Assembly (NCBI RefSeq): GCF_006345805.1
Contig: NW_021826341.1
Location: forward strand, 1 to 13,126
Origin: Octopus sinensis
Lineage: Eukaryota
Length of the DNA stretch: 13,126 bases
Reading direction: 5' to 3'
Part shown: positions 1 through 9,430 of the stretch, piece after piece
Layout: the number at the start of each line of letters is the position of its first letter
Numbering within the stretch: the stretch's first letter is position 1
Notes under the pieces: model-generated
Databases searched by the model: none
What the model was told of the DNA's origin: nothing
What the model saw: the letters and a program-made list of their open reading frames with translations, nothing else
Translations under genes and position numbers: made by a program

Positions 1-38
1 GGTTTTGTACTTTCGTTTTTGCGAATTTTCAAGACATT

Positions 39-109
39 CACACACACACTCACACACACACACATGTAAGACATAGTCACATACACACATATGTATGTTT
101 ATACACATC

Positions 110-146
<37 letters not shown>

Positions 147-248
147 TATAGATATATATATATATAATATATATATACATAAACATATGATACATATATA
201 TATATACATATATACATATATACATATATATACATACATATATATACA

Positions 249-310
<62 letters not shown>

Positions 311-410
311 ACAAACACGCACATATACGTATTCATATATATAAAAACACACGCACACACACATATATATATATAGAGAGAGATATATGTATATAATATA
401 TAGATACGCC
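39..410. repeat. Compound (CA)n/(TA)n microsatellite
   Basis: Visible dinucleotide array; source of the YI-rich ORFs. Confidence 0.95.
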
Positions 411-862
411 CATACATACGTACACCCACACACTCGTTCACGCCGCACCGCATACGACGCCATAGCTAAAAGCTACAACGATATTGAATTCATTACATCA
501 AAACCCACCTCCGAAAAAATGATACATGTATATTATGCCATCATTGTTTACACTTATAAATAACTGATATTTAAACTTTTATATTGTTATTGCAATACCC
601 AAGCCGCATTATTTACATAATACTTGGCAAAACAAATACAAGTTGCTAAAATAATACCCTTTTAGCGACTCAATATTGATTTTTCTATTTATTGCCAATA
701 ATATTCCTAGCTTTATTCATCCAGAACACGTTAACATCAACACAGATATATTTACACATATAACCATTTCCTTATTCGATATATTTATTTTTGCGATAAT
801 AAATATTGCTAGTTTAACGTTCATGTAAAATTTTAAAACGGTTTATACATTTGCTGGCGTAG

Positions 863-937
863 GTGTCTGGAACTAGCTGGGTCGGGGTCCACTACCACTG
901 CGTAGTGCCTTGGAATAGTGAATTCTACCAAATATTT
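863..937 (+). CDS. Weak candidate internal exon (VSGTSWVGVHYHCVVPWNSEFYQIF)
   Basis: GC-richer island with AG at 861-862 and GTAAGT at 938-943. It is 75 nt, open only in phase 0. The polypyrimidine tract is poor and no linked exons were found. Confidence 0.2.
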
Positions 938-1067
938 GTAAGTGTATTTAGTCAATAAAAACTGAAAGAAGTCGGTCCTACACACACACACATACACACA
1001 TACACACACATGTATACATGTATACATTTGTTTTTTTAAATTAAAGTTGCAGACACATCGTAAAAAG

Positions 1068-1108
1068 AATGTGACTCAGAGTTTCACGTTCCCGTTCGTC
1101 GGGCGGTT
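1068..1108 (-). ncRNA. Degenerate minimal type I hammerhead ribozyme-like motif
   Basis: Minus strand reads CCGACGA-ACG-GGAA-CGT-GAAAC-TCTGA-GTC: a CUGANGA-like core with one substitution, a 3-bp stem II, GAAA, a short stem III and a GUC cleavage triplet. Stem I is eroded. Confidence 0.5.
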
Positions 1109-1135
1109 GTGATCAAGAGTTCATTACAACTCAGT

Positions 1136-1242
1136 CGCCACCAGTGTTATCCAAGAGAAAGGCAAGGGCTGATACAGCTGGCACCTGTGACGTCGCAACT
1201 CATTTCTACAGCTGAGTGAACTGGAGCAACGTGAAATAAAGT
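1136..1242 (-). mobile_element. Internal SINE fragment (family D, CORE-like central region)
   Basis: Minus strand ACTTTATTTCACGTTGCTCCAGTTCACTCAGCTGTAGAAATGAGTTGCGACGTCAC resembles a mollusc/octopus SINE body (from recall); head absent. Confidence 0.55.
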
Positions 1243-1308
1243 AAAACGAAGTCAGGTGAAGGAACAACAAGCAGATGTATTAGGTTAACACTCGGGAGGA
1301 ATGGAAGA

Positions 1309-1345
1309 GTCCTTGACGTTTCGAGCCTACTCTCTCTCGACTGAA
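1309..1345 (-). ncRNA. Second, more degenerate hammerhead-like motif (Penelope-type)
   Basis: Minus strand TCGAGAGAGAGTAGGCTCGAAACGTC: GAG..CTC stem II then GAAACGTC. The CUGANGA box is not intact. Confidence 0.3.
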
Positions 1346-1411
1346 AGGATGGTAAGGAAAAATAAAAAGACGGAGAGAGAAAAAACTGTTTAGAGCTTAA
1401 AAGTTCAACAC

Positions 1412-1412
<1 letters not shown>

Positions 1413-1479
<67 letters not shown>
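1413..1479. repeat. (AC)n microsatellite followed by (AT)n
   Basis: Perfect AC run. Confidence 0.97.
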
Positions 1480-1480
<1 letters not shown>

Positions 1481-1912
1481 GCGCAGCGTCGCTGTGGGAT
1501 AAGAAGCTTACTTCTGAACCAAATGATTCCGGGTTCAGTTCCACTACGTGGCACCTTGAACTGGTTTCTTTTACTATAGCTTCAGGCCGACCGAATCTTG
1601 TGAATGGATTTGGTAGACGGAAACTGAAAGAAGCCCTTCATATAAAGACACACACACACACACACAAACACACATACATGCATATATCTATAAATATATA
1701 TATATATGTATGTGTGTGTGTTTGTCCTGCATCATCGCTCGACAGCCGATGTTGGTGTGTTTACGCCCCCATAACTTAGCGGTTTGACAAATAGAACGCG
1801 CTAGAATAAGTTCTATATTTACAGCGAATAATTCCTGTGGTCGATATGTTCGACTAAAGGCAGTGCTCCAGCATTGCCACAGTCAAATGACTGAAACAAG
1901 TAAAGGAATAAA
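1480..1912 (+). mobile_element. tRNA-derived SINE family B, full length, with internal CA/TA/TG microsatellite
   Basis: B box GGTTCAGTTCC at 1532-1542. Aligns along its length with the minus-strand copy at 9431-9776 (GGATTTGGTAGA, TTGGTGTGTTTA, GTGCTCCAGCAT..CCACAGTCAAA, TGACTG). Confidence 0.85.
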
Positions 1913-1949
1913 CGAAAAAATGAATTTATGCGTATATGTGTGTTTGTGT

Positions 1950-2155
1950 TACGTTTGTCTCGTCCCAGCGCTTGAGAAGCGGACCCACCTCTGTTGGTTT
2001 GTTACATCCCTGTGTTCGGAAAAAGAGACTAAATGACTAAGCGCGGGGCAAAAACCATAAGTACCAGTGTCAATTTTTCGTTTAGACACTTCAAAGCTGT
2101 GCCCCAGCATGACCGCAGTCCAATGTACGAGAGAAGCAAAAGATAGAGATATAAA
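1950..2155 (+). mobile_element. Diverged 3' half of a family B-like SINE
   Basis: ATAAGTACCAGTGTCAATT and GTGCCCCAGCATGACCGCAGTCCAATG match the 3' part of 1480-1912. Confidence 0.6.
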
Positions 2156-2425
2156 GGCAGAGATGAGGCAGTGTGATTGAGAAGTTCGATTCGATATCAC
2201 GCGGATTTGTGTTCAGTTCTGTTGCCCGGAATTAGAGAAGTGCTCTCTGCCTTCTCGAAATTAAATGCAAACACCAGAACATAAGCGGGAAAATAGGTAC
2301 TTTACCAGCAGAATGGTTACCCTATAATGCCTAAACGAGTTGAATGTGCCTCATCAAGATATACATCGTGTCTGGGACAAATATACAGAGTGGATGGACC
2401 CTAACCCTTCAGGCCTGAACACACT

Positions 2426-2875
2426 GCGAGCTGGCAGAAACGTTAGCACGCCGGGCGAAATGCGTAGCCGTATTTCGTCTGCCGTTTCGTTCTGAGTTCA
2501 AATTCCACCGAGGTCGACTTTGCTTTTCATCCTTTCGGGGTCGATTAAATAAGTACCAGTTAACGCACTGGAGTCGATATAATCGACTTCATCCGTTTTT
2601 CTGTCCTTGTTTGTCCTCTCTGTGTTTAGCTCCCTGTGGGCAATAAAGAAATAGATTTAGAGTGGGTAGTAAAGAAATAGGTTTTTCGTCTGCCGTTTCG
2701 TTCTGAGTTCAAATTCCGCCGAGGTCGACTTTGCCTTTCATCATCTCGGGGTCGATTAAATAAGTACCAGTTAACGCACTGGGGTCGATATAATTGACTT
2801 AATCCGTTTGTCTGTCCTTGTTTGTCCTCTCTGTATTTAGCTCCCTGTGGGCAATAAAGAAATAGATTTAGAGTG
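2426..2875 (+). mobile_element. tRNA-derived SINE family A with tandemly duplicated body (211-bp period)
   Basis: Head GCGAGCTGGCAGAAACGTTAGCACGCCGGGCG and B-box-like GAGTTCAAATTCC at 2494-2506. Body ~2470-2664 is repeated at ~2681-2875. Homologous to 5204-5571 and 10069-10266. Confidence 0.88.
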
Positions 2876-2906
2876 AGCGATTGAGTGAGAGAGAGAGAGA
2901 GTGAGT

Positions 2907-2950
<44 letters not shown>

Positions 2951-2955
2951 TGAGT
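2876..2955. repeat. (GA)n/(GAGT)n microsatellite
   Basis: Visible array. Confidence 0.95.
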
Positions 2956-3014
2956 GGTAAGAACAATAACAAAGAGAAAAAAACCGAATCGTATGTATGG
3001 ACGCTCTCTTCTGC

Positions 3015-3308
3015 TTAATTATTTCTTTGAGGAAGGAGCTGGTTTCTAAAAAAGATACAAAACTTCATCGTTCGACTGCAAAGAACAAAATTAATATCAC
3101 ATTTTGAACCCGAGAGAAGTCTTGCAATTATTTACTGCTCCACTTACAGAATTTCTTTGTAATGTGCGAATTGATTGTCTGATTTCTTTTTCTGAAAACC
3201 CTAACTTATCCAGATTGTCACTTCGGCATTTACACACAAAACCAAGCGCACCGATCATTATAGCTGTAAATTTGAATTTATAATCTGGATATAAAAGCTG
3301 AAATTCTG
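3015..3308 (-). mobile_element. 5'-truncated non-LTR retrotransposon (RLE-type, R4/Dong-like): ORF C-terminus plus 3' UTR
   Basis: Minus frame 3300-3097 reads QLLYPDYKFKFTAIMIGALGFVCKCRSDNLDKLGFSEKEIRQSIRTLQRNSVSGAVNNCKTSLGFKM*. The hydrophobic-IGALG strand followed by LxKLG...LQ..S..G...CKT is typical of the C-terminus after the restriction-like endonuclease. The ATG-started part is under 60 aa, so it is absent from the ORF track. Confidence 0.72.
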
Positions 3309-3323
3309 TATTGCATATATTAG

Positions 3324-3420
3324 TGTGTATGTGTTTTATGTATGTACGAATGTATGCATGTATGTAAGTATATATGTGTTTATGTATGTATGTATGTATG
3401 TATGCATGTATGCATGCATG
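3324..3420. repeat. (TATG)n microsatellite
   Basis: Visible array. Confidence 0.9.
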
Positions 3421-3423
3421 AAT

Positions 3424-3537
3424 TGATGAAATGTATAGCTGACCTCGAAGTTATTTCAAATCAGGCGGTATAGAGCCGGAATCTATGACTAATGGCATTT
3501 TATCCGATACTGTAAAGAATTTTTCAGTTCGATGCCT
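3424..3537 (-). mobile_element. Highly diverged 5' part of a family A SINE
   Basis: GATGAAATGTATAGCTGACCTCGAAGTTATTTCAAATCAG parallels GATGAAAGGCAAAGTCGACCTCGGCGGAATTTGAACTCAG at 5493-5532. Confidence 0.5.
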
Positions 3538-3608
3538 ATGGAGAAATAAATGTAGAATGTAAGAACAGTGTGAATATAGAAGGCTTCTTCTGTCCCACTC
3601 CTTCAGAT

Positions 3609-3925
3609 TATGTATGTATGTGTATTATATATATATGTGTACATATGTATATATATATATGTGTGTGTATACATACATAAACATATATATATATATATTA
3701 TATATATATATATAGATATAAATGGATATGTATGTACATATATATATAATATATTATATATATATATTATAATGGGTATGTATGTACATATATATATATA
3801 TAATACATATGTATATATGTACATAATAATGTATATATATATATATATATATATACTTATGTGTGTGTGAGTGTGTGCATATATTTATACACACACATGC
3901 ACACCGATAGATACACACATACGTA
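3609..3925. repeat. Degenerate (TA)n/(TG)n microsatellite
   Basis: Visible array. Confidence 0.93.
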
Positions 3926-4165
3926 AAAGCACAGATAGAGATAGGCAGATATCCTTTTCGCTTTGATGCCATCTATCGATCTTTTAGCGACAACCCTCCC
4001 ACCCACACACATACCCACGCACGCAAACACACACACACACACGTTCTTCATTAAAACCTCCGTTTACTTCTATTTGTCCACTCTTATGAAGTAAACTTTG
4101 CTTATCTCACTTCGTGTATGTAGGATACTCTAAACAAATAATGTTTTGGACACCATATTCGTTTT

Positions 4166-4251
4166 TATTATTATTATCATTATTATTATTATTGGTATTA
4201 TTATTACTATTATTATTATTATTACTATTACTATTATTATTATTATCATTG

Positions 4252-4300
<49 letters not shown>

Positions 4301-4390
4301 TATTATTATTACTATTACTATTATTACTATTATTATTGTTATCATTATTATTATTACTATTATTATTATTATTACTATTACTATTATTAC

Positions 4391-4435
<45 letters not shown>

Positions 4436-4513
4436 TGTTATTATTATTACTATTATTATTATCATTACTATTATTATTATTATTACTATTATTTAACATT
4501 TATTATTAATATT

Positions 4514-4544
<31 letters not shown>

Positions 4545-4752
4545 CTATTATTATTATTGTTATTATTATTACTATTACTGTTATTACTTATATATTATTA
4601 TTTATTATTATTACTATTATTATTATTACTATTATTATTATTACTCTTATTATTATTATTATTATTCTTATTATTATTATTATATTATTACTATCATTAT
4701 TATTATTATTATTATATTATTGTTATTATTATTATTATTGTTATTATTATTA
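4166..4752. repeat. (ATT)n array with ACT/ATC/GTT variants
   Basis: ~590-bp trinucleotide array; gives the poly-L/I/N/Y ORFs. Confidence 0.97.
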
Positions 4753-5203
4753 TGTTATGTTATCTCCCTCTTAACTCTTCAACGTATCGACGCTACCCTT
4801 CAGGAATTTACTCCGTCGAATGTTCTGTCGATATATTGGTTGTATCAATCACGTGTTTCCTGAACTGTCATTATCTAACAAGGAAATCACATTCCCAGAT
4901 AGCAAATAAGGCTGTTTTCGCTTTGCTTTCTTCTGTTCTTGTTAGTTTTGTCGGAGAGGTTTCTAAAAGCTTAAAAGGACATCAGCGACGTATGGCTGTA
5001 ATGGTTGGCGGCTTGTGTGTCAGCAAGAGTTGTATGGCTTACATAACTTTACTATGATCGATATTAGTGATCGCTTTTAGTGTTGTTGTTGTTATTTTAG
5101 CCGTTATAGTCGTTGTTTAACCACAAGTCAGCCTTCCACGAGGTGGTCTATCATTAAAAATAATCTATCCGTTGTCACATATCCAATGGAGATATTTATT
5201 CTC

Positions 5204-5571
5204 TTTTTTATTTACTCTAGGCACAAGGCCCGAAATTTTTGGGGAGGGGGCCAGTCGATTAGATCCACCCCAGTACGCAACTGGTACTTAATTTATCGAC
5301 CACAAAAGGATGAAAGGCAAAGTCGACCTCGGCGGAACTTGAACTCAGAACGTAGCGGCAGACGAAATACCTATTTCTTTACTACCCACAAGGGGCTAAA
5401 CACAGAGAGGACAAACAAGGACAGACAAACGGATTAAGTCGATTATATCGACCCCAGTGCGTAACTGGTACTTATTTAATCGACCCCGAAAGGATGAAAG
5501 GCAAAGTCGACCTCGGCGGAATTTGAACTCAGAACGTAACGGCAGACGAAATACTGCTGAGCATTTCACCC
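5204..5571 (-). mobile_element. Dimeric family A SINE, 5'-truncated
   Basis: Two body units with 184-bp period (GACGAAATAC at 5361 and 5545). Unit 1 (5371-5571) is nearly identical to the reverse complement of 2470-2650; unit 2 has the alternative tail also seen at 10230-10266. Confidence 0.88.
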
Positions 5572-5594
5572 TCGTCATGACCAACACCATCAAC

Positions 5595-5720
5595 TACCTC
5601 CTCCTACTCCTTCTCCTTCTCCTCCTCCCCTCCTTCTCCTCCTCGTCACCATCATCACCATGATTCTAATCTTCCCCCTCCTCCTCCTCCTCATTATCAT
5701 CATCGCCACCGACCTCATCA
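5595..5720. repeat. (CCT)n/(CAT)n low-complexity tract
   Basis: Pyrimidine-rich trinucleotide tract. Confidence 0.8.
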
Positions 5721-6063
5721 AAACCATGAGAAATCAATAGATACACTCAGCAAAGATAGATGTCGTTACTGTTCGACATACAACAATAACAACAACAGCA
5801 ACAATATCAATACTAAAATTTCATATTTCTAATAATTTTAACATCTGTTGTACTAGTAATGATAATAATAAAAATGATAATGGTAATAATAATACAATAA
5901 AAATATATCATTTCTTTGTCTCGTGGTCTGTCCAGTGGGAACGCGAACATTGAGAATAATGTTGTCTGGTCTTCTAATATTTATTATAATGCTATTAATA
6001 AAACATGAGGGTGATGGGGAGGAAGATGAGGAAGACGATCATCAAAACCTAAATACAAAATTA

Positions 6064-6065
<2 letters not shown>

Positions 6066-6109
<44 letters not shown>

Positions 6110-6352
6110 GTAGTAGTAGTAGTAGTAGTTGTTGTAGTAGTAGTAATAATAATAATAATAATAACAATAATAATAATAATAATAATAACAATAATAATAA
6201 TAATAATAATGATAATAATAATAATAATAACAATAATAATCATAATAATAATGATGATAATGATAATAATAATGATAATGATAATAATAATAACAATAAT
6301 GATAATATAATAATAATAATAATAATAATAGTAATAATATAATAATATATTA

Positions 6353-6395
<43 letters not shown>

Positions 6396-6453
6396 GTAAT
6401 AATAATAATAATAGTAATAATAATATAATAATAATTATAATAATAATATAATT

Positions 6454-6489
<36 letters not shown>

Positions 6490-6640
6490 TAACAACAACA
6501 ATAATAATAATAATAATAATAATAATATAATAATAATAATAATAATAATAATGAATATTGATGATTGTGATGATGATGAAGATGATGCAGAGAAAGCGCG
6601 TGATGAAAATAGGACTACTGAATAACAATAAAAATAATAA

Positions 6641-6681
<41 letters not shown>

Positions 6682-6760
6682 ATAATAATAATAATAATAA
6701 TAATAATGATAATAATAACAATAACAACAACAACAATAATAATAATAATAATAATAACAA
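6066..6760. repeat. (AAT)n array with (AGT)n, (AAC)n and (GAT)n blocks
   Basis: Visible array. Confidence 0.95.
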
Positions 6761-6763
6761 TAT

Positions 6764-6924
6764 CAATGGCACTCTTTTTTTTGCTCCTGTATCTTCTGGA
6801 AGAGTAACTTAAATCCTTTAAATATTGACCAAAAATGAAGAAGATTGACACGTTTATTTTTTGAACCTGTGGAAGACACACGAGATGTCGAAGTATCGTT
6901 CCCTTTGATGACAATGGCACTCTT
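6764..6924 (-). mobile_element. Short insertion with putative 13-bp TSD and A-tail
   Basis: CAATGGCACTCTT at 6764-6776 and 6912-6924, with a T8 run (6775-6782) at the left copy. Confidence 0.4.
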
Positions 6925-6940
6925 CCTTTTTTAGCTTTGC

Positions 6941-6995
6941 TAATAATAATAATAATAATTATTATAATAATAATAAAATAATAATAATAATAATA

Positions 6996-7072
<77 letters not shown>
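6941..7072. repeat. (AAT)n switching to (ATT)n palindromic microsatellite
   Basis: Polarity switch at ~7024 (AATAATTATTATT). Confidence 0.9.
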
Positions 7073-7073
<1 letters not shown>

Positions 7074-7530
7074 GTGTAAAAGATAGGCTGCAGCAAATAT
7101 TCTGCTCAATAGCACAGCTTTGTTTGTCAGTAGCTTCACCTTCAACAGTTAAGCATGTCCCTTAGTAACTGACGATATTAGCATCTCTGATCACAAACAT
7201 GAGTAGTGGAGTAGCATCTTAGTCATATGGTTAGAAGAATTCTTTGGGTTTAATAATTCACCTGTCGAAACATGGTTGTTTCGTTCAACACCTTTAAATA
7301 ACCTTTAATCAGGGTCGTTTTGAGCGGTCTGGTTTCCTTGACCCGAAGAAAATTTTAAGTGGGTCCCAACTGCGTTGCTCATCTTGATATGAAATCACCA
7401 TATCACCCACATATGGTTGTGATGCATGTGCCTCGTGTGCTCTTATCTGATGGCTAGTCACGATACGTATATTGGGCTTCGTATATTTGTACCCCTGTGT
7501 CACTGATGGCATGTCCTGCTCTATCACTCA
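7071..7530. mobile_element. ~460-bp non-coding interspersed repeat embedded in AAT/ATT arrays
   Basis: Complex sequence with sharp microsatellite boundaries. Its first 87 bp recur inverted at 8058-8144. Resembles a common octopus AAT-associated repeat (from recall). Confidence 0.6.
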
Positions 7531-8019
7531 GTAATAATGATGATGATCATGATCATGATGATGATATTGATGACGATGTTGATGAGGATAATAAAGATGA
7601 TACGCTCCGACGACGTAAGGGCAAGGACAATTATAAGAGGTAAAACAATGGAGGAAATGTGTAATGGAGAATGATAAATAGAGAAATAAGAAAATAATGA
7701 ATGAATGATAAAATATTGATGATAATATGATGGAGATATGATGATCGATGTCATGTTGACGACGACAGCGTCGACGACGGATATAATAAATGGGAAACTG
7801 TGAAAGGGAAAAGAAAAGGAAAAAAGAAAAGGAAGGAGGGTGCAGCAGGAGGAAGAAGAAGATGAAAAATAAAACAAGGTGAATAACAGCAGCAGCAGCA
7901 GCAGCCGCAGTAGCAGCAGCAACCTGAAACAGAACAGCAAAACAGGTATGGGAACAAGAACAGGAAAGCAATAATACGAAACCATTTTAACCACTAATAC
8001 TGCTGCTGTTGTTATCGCA

Positions 8020-8057
<38 letters not shown>
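7531..8057. repeat. Purine-rich low-complexity region: (GAT)n, (GAC)n, (CAG)n, (ACT)n
   Basis: Mixed trinucleotide tracts. Confidence 0.8.
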
Positions 8058-8144
8058 CATGCTTAACTGTTGAAGGTGAAGCTACTGACGAACTAAGCTG
8101 TGGTATTGAGCAGAATATTTGCTGCAGCCTGTCTTTTACACTAA
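8058..8144 (-). repeat. Inverted copy of 7071-7157
   Basis: Reverse complement matches 83/87 nt by manual alignment. Confidence 0.92.
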
Positions 8145-8157
8145 GACAAAACGCGCA

Positions 8158-8328
8158 CATGATGATGATGATGATGATAATAATAATAATAATAATATAA
8201 TATAATAATAATAATAATAATATTAATAATATTAATAAAATAATAATAATAATAATAATATTAAGAATAATAATAATAATAATAATAATAATGATAATAA
8301 TAATAATAATATTATAATAATAATAATC

Positions 8329-8359
<31 letters not shown>

Positions 8360-8365
8360 TGATAG

Positions 8366-8404
<39 letters not shown>

Positions 8405-8441
8405 ATAAATAATAATAATAATAATAATGAATATAATAATA

Positions 8442-8494
<53 letters not shown>

Positions 8495-8565
8495 TGATAT
8501 AATAATAATAATATAATAATAATAATATTAATAATAATAATAATAATAATAATAATGATAATAAT
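8158..8565. repeat. (GAT)n then (AAT)n array
   Basis: Visible array. Confidence 0.96.
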
Positions 8566-8569
8566 CATT

Positions 8570-8935
8570 TCAAACGTGAGTGCGTGGCGGAGGTGGAGGT
8601 CAGAGACAATCTCTTCTGTCAGAATGTCACTTTTAGAATTATTTCCATTTGAAATATAGGCACCAAACAATGTTGGCAGTCAGTTCTGCTTTCCGTTCTG
8701 GTCATTGATTTTGATTGGTCAACATGACCTGAAGAACCTTCTGGCACGACACTGTAGCAATTCCCATTAACGATTCCTTCCTCCACCTCTCCTCCATTTG
8801 TTTCTCCCTCCCACTCTCTCAAATATCACGCGTTTACCTCCCTAATTCTACATAGAATTTCTTTTTGTGTCCTTTGTGATTTTCTCTTCTGTGTTGCTTC
8901 CCCTGTCTATCAAAGTCTCTTTTTTCAATTACAAC
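8570..8935 (-). mobile_element. Possible heavily degraded LINE ORF fragment
   Basis: Minus-strand peptides EKRDFDRQGKQHRREN..KKFYVELGR*TRDI, EVEE and ILTEEIVSDL loosely recall the pre-RT region of R4-like LINEs. Many stops and frameshifts. Confidence 0.25.
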
Positions 8936-8940
8936 AGGAT

Positions 8941-9361
8941 TATGTATATATGCATGTATACATCTATGTATGTCTAAGTATGTATGTATGTATGTATGTA
9001 TGTATGTATGTATGTATGTATGTATGTGTGTATGTATGTATGTATGTATGTATGTGTATGTATGTATGTATGTACGTATGTATGTATGTATGCATGTATG
9101 CATCTATGTATGTCTAAGTATGTATGTATGTATGTATGTATGTATGTATGTATTATGTATGTATGTATGTATGTATGTATGTATGTATGTATGTATGTTT
9201 GTATATTTGTATGTATGTATGTATGCACGTATGCCTGCATTCATGTATGTATTAATATATATAAATATGTATAAGTTTACATATATATTTGAGAATTTAT
9301 ATATATGCATATATATATGTATATATTTATACCCTACATGTATAAATATATAAGTATATAT

Positions 9362-9392
<31 letters not shown>
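8941..9392. repeat. (TATG)n array then (TA)n
   Basis: Visible array, with a variant block repeated at 140-bp spacing. Confidence 0.95.
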
Positions 9393-9430
9393 GGTGAGAT
9401 ATATTCTTTCATTCCTTTATTCCTTTATTC

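Noticed and set aside
2426-2875. CRISPR-like or ncRNA array
   Set aside because: Only two long units with no short repeat/unique spacer pattern, in a eukaryotic SINE context.
3148-3263. Host transmembrane-protein exon on the minus strand
   Set aside because: The frame extends past both splice-like sites with LINE C-terminal motifs, so a retroelement origin is the better explanation.
4111-4129. 19-nt minus-strand microexon (TTTAG..GTGAG)
   Set aside because: Too short to distinguish from chance, and no supported neighbouring exon.
5186-5663. Two similar ORFs (RNWYL..RPRRNLNSER) suggesting a gene duplication
   Set aside because: Antisense translation of the two units of the dimeric SINE.
7524-8060. 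148-179 codon minus-strand ORFs
   Set aside because: Low-complexity trinucleotide-derived sequence that is open in several frames, with no domain features.
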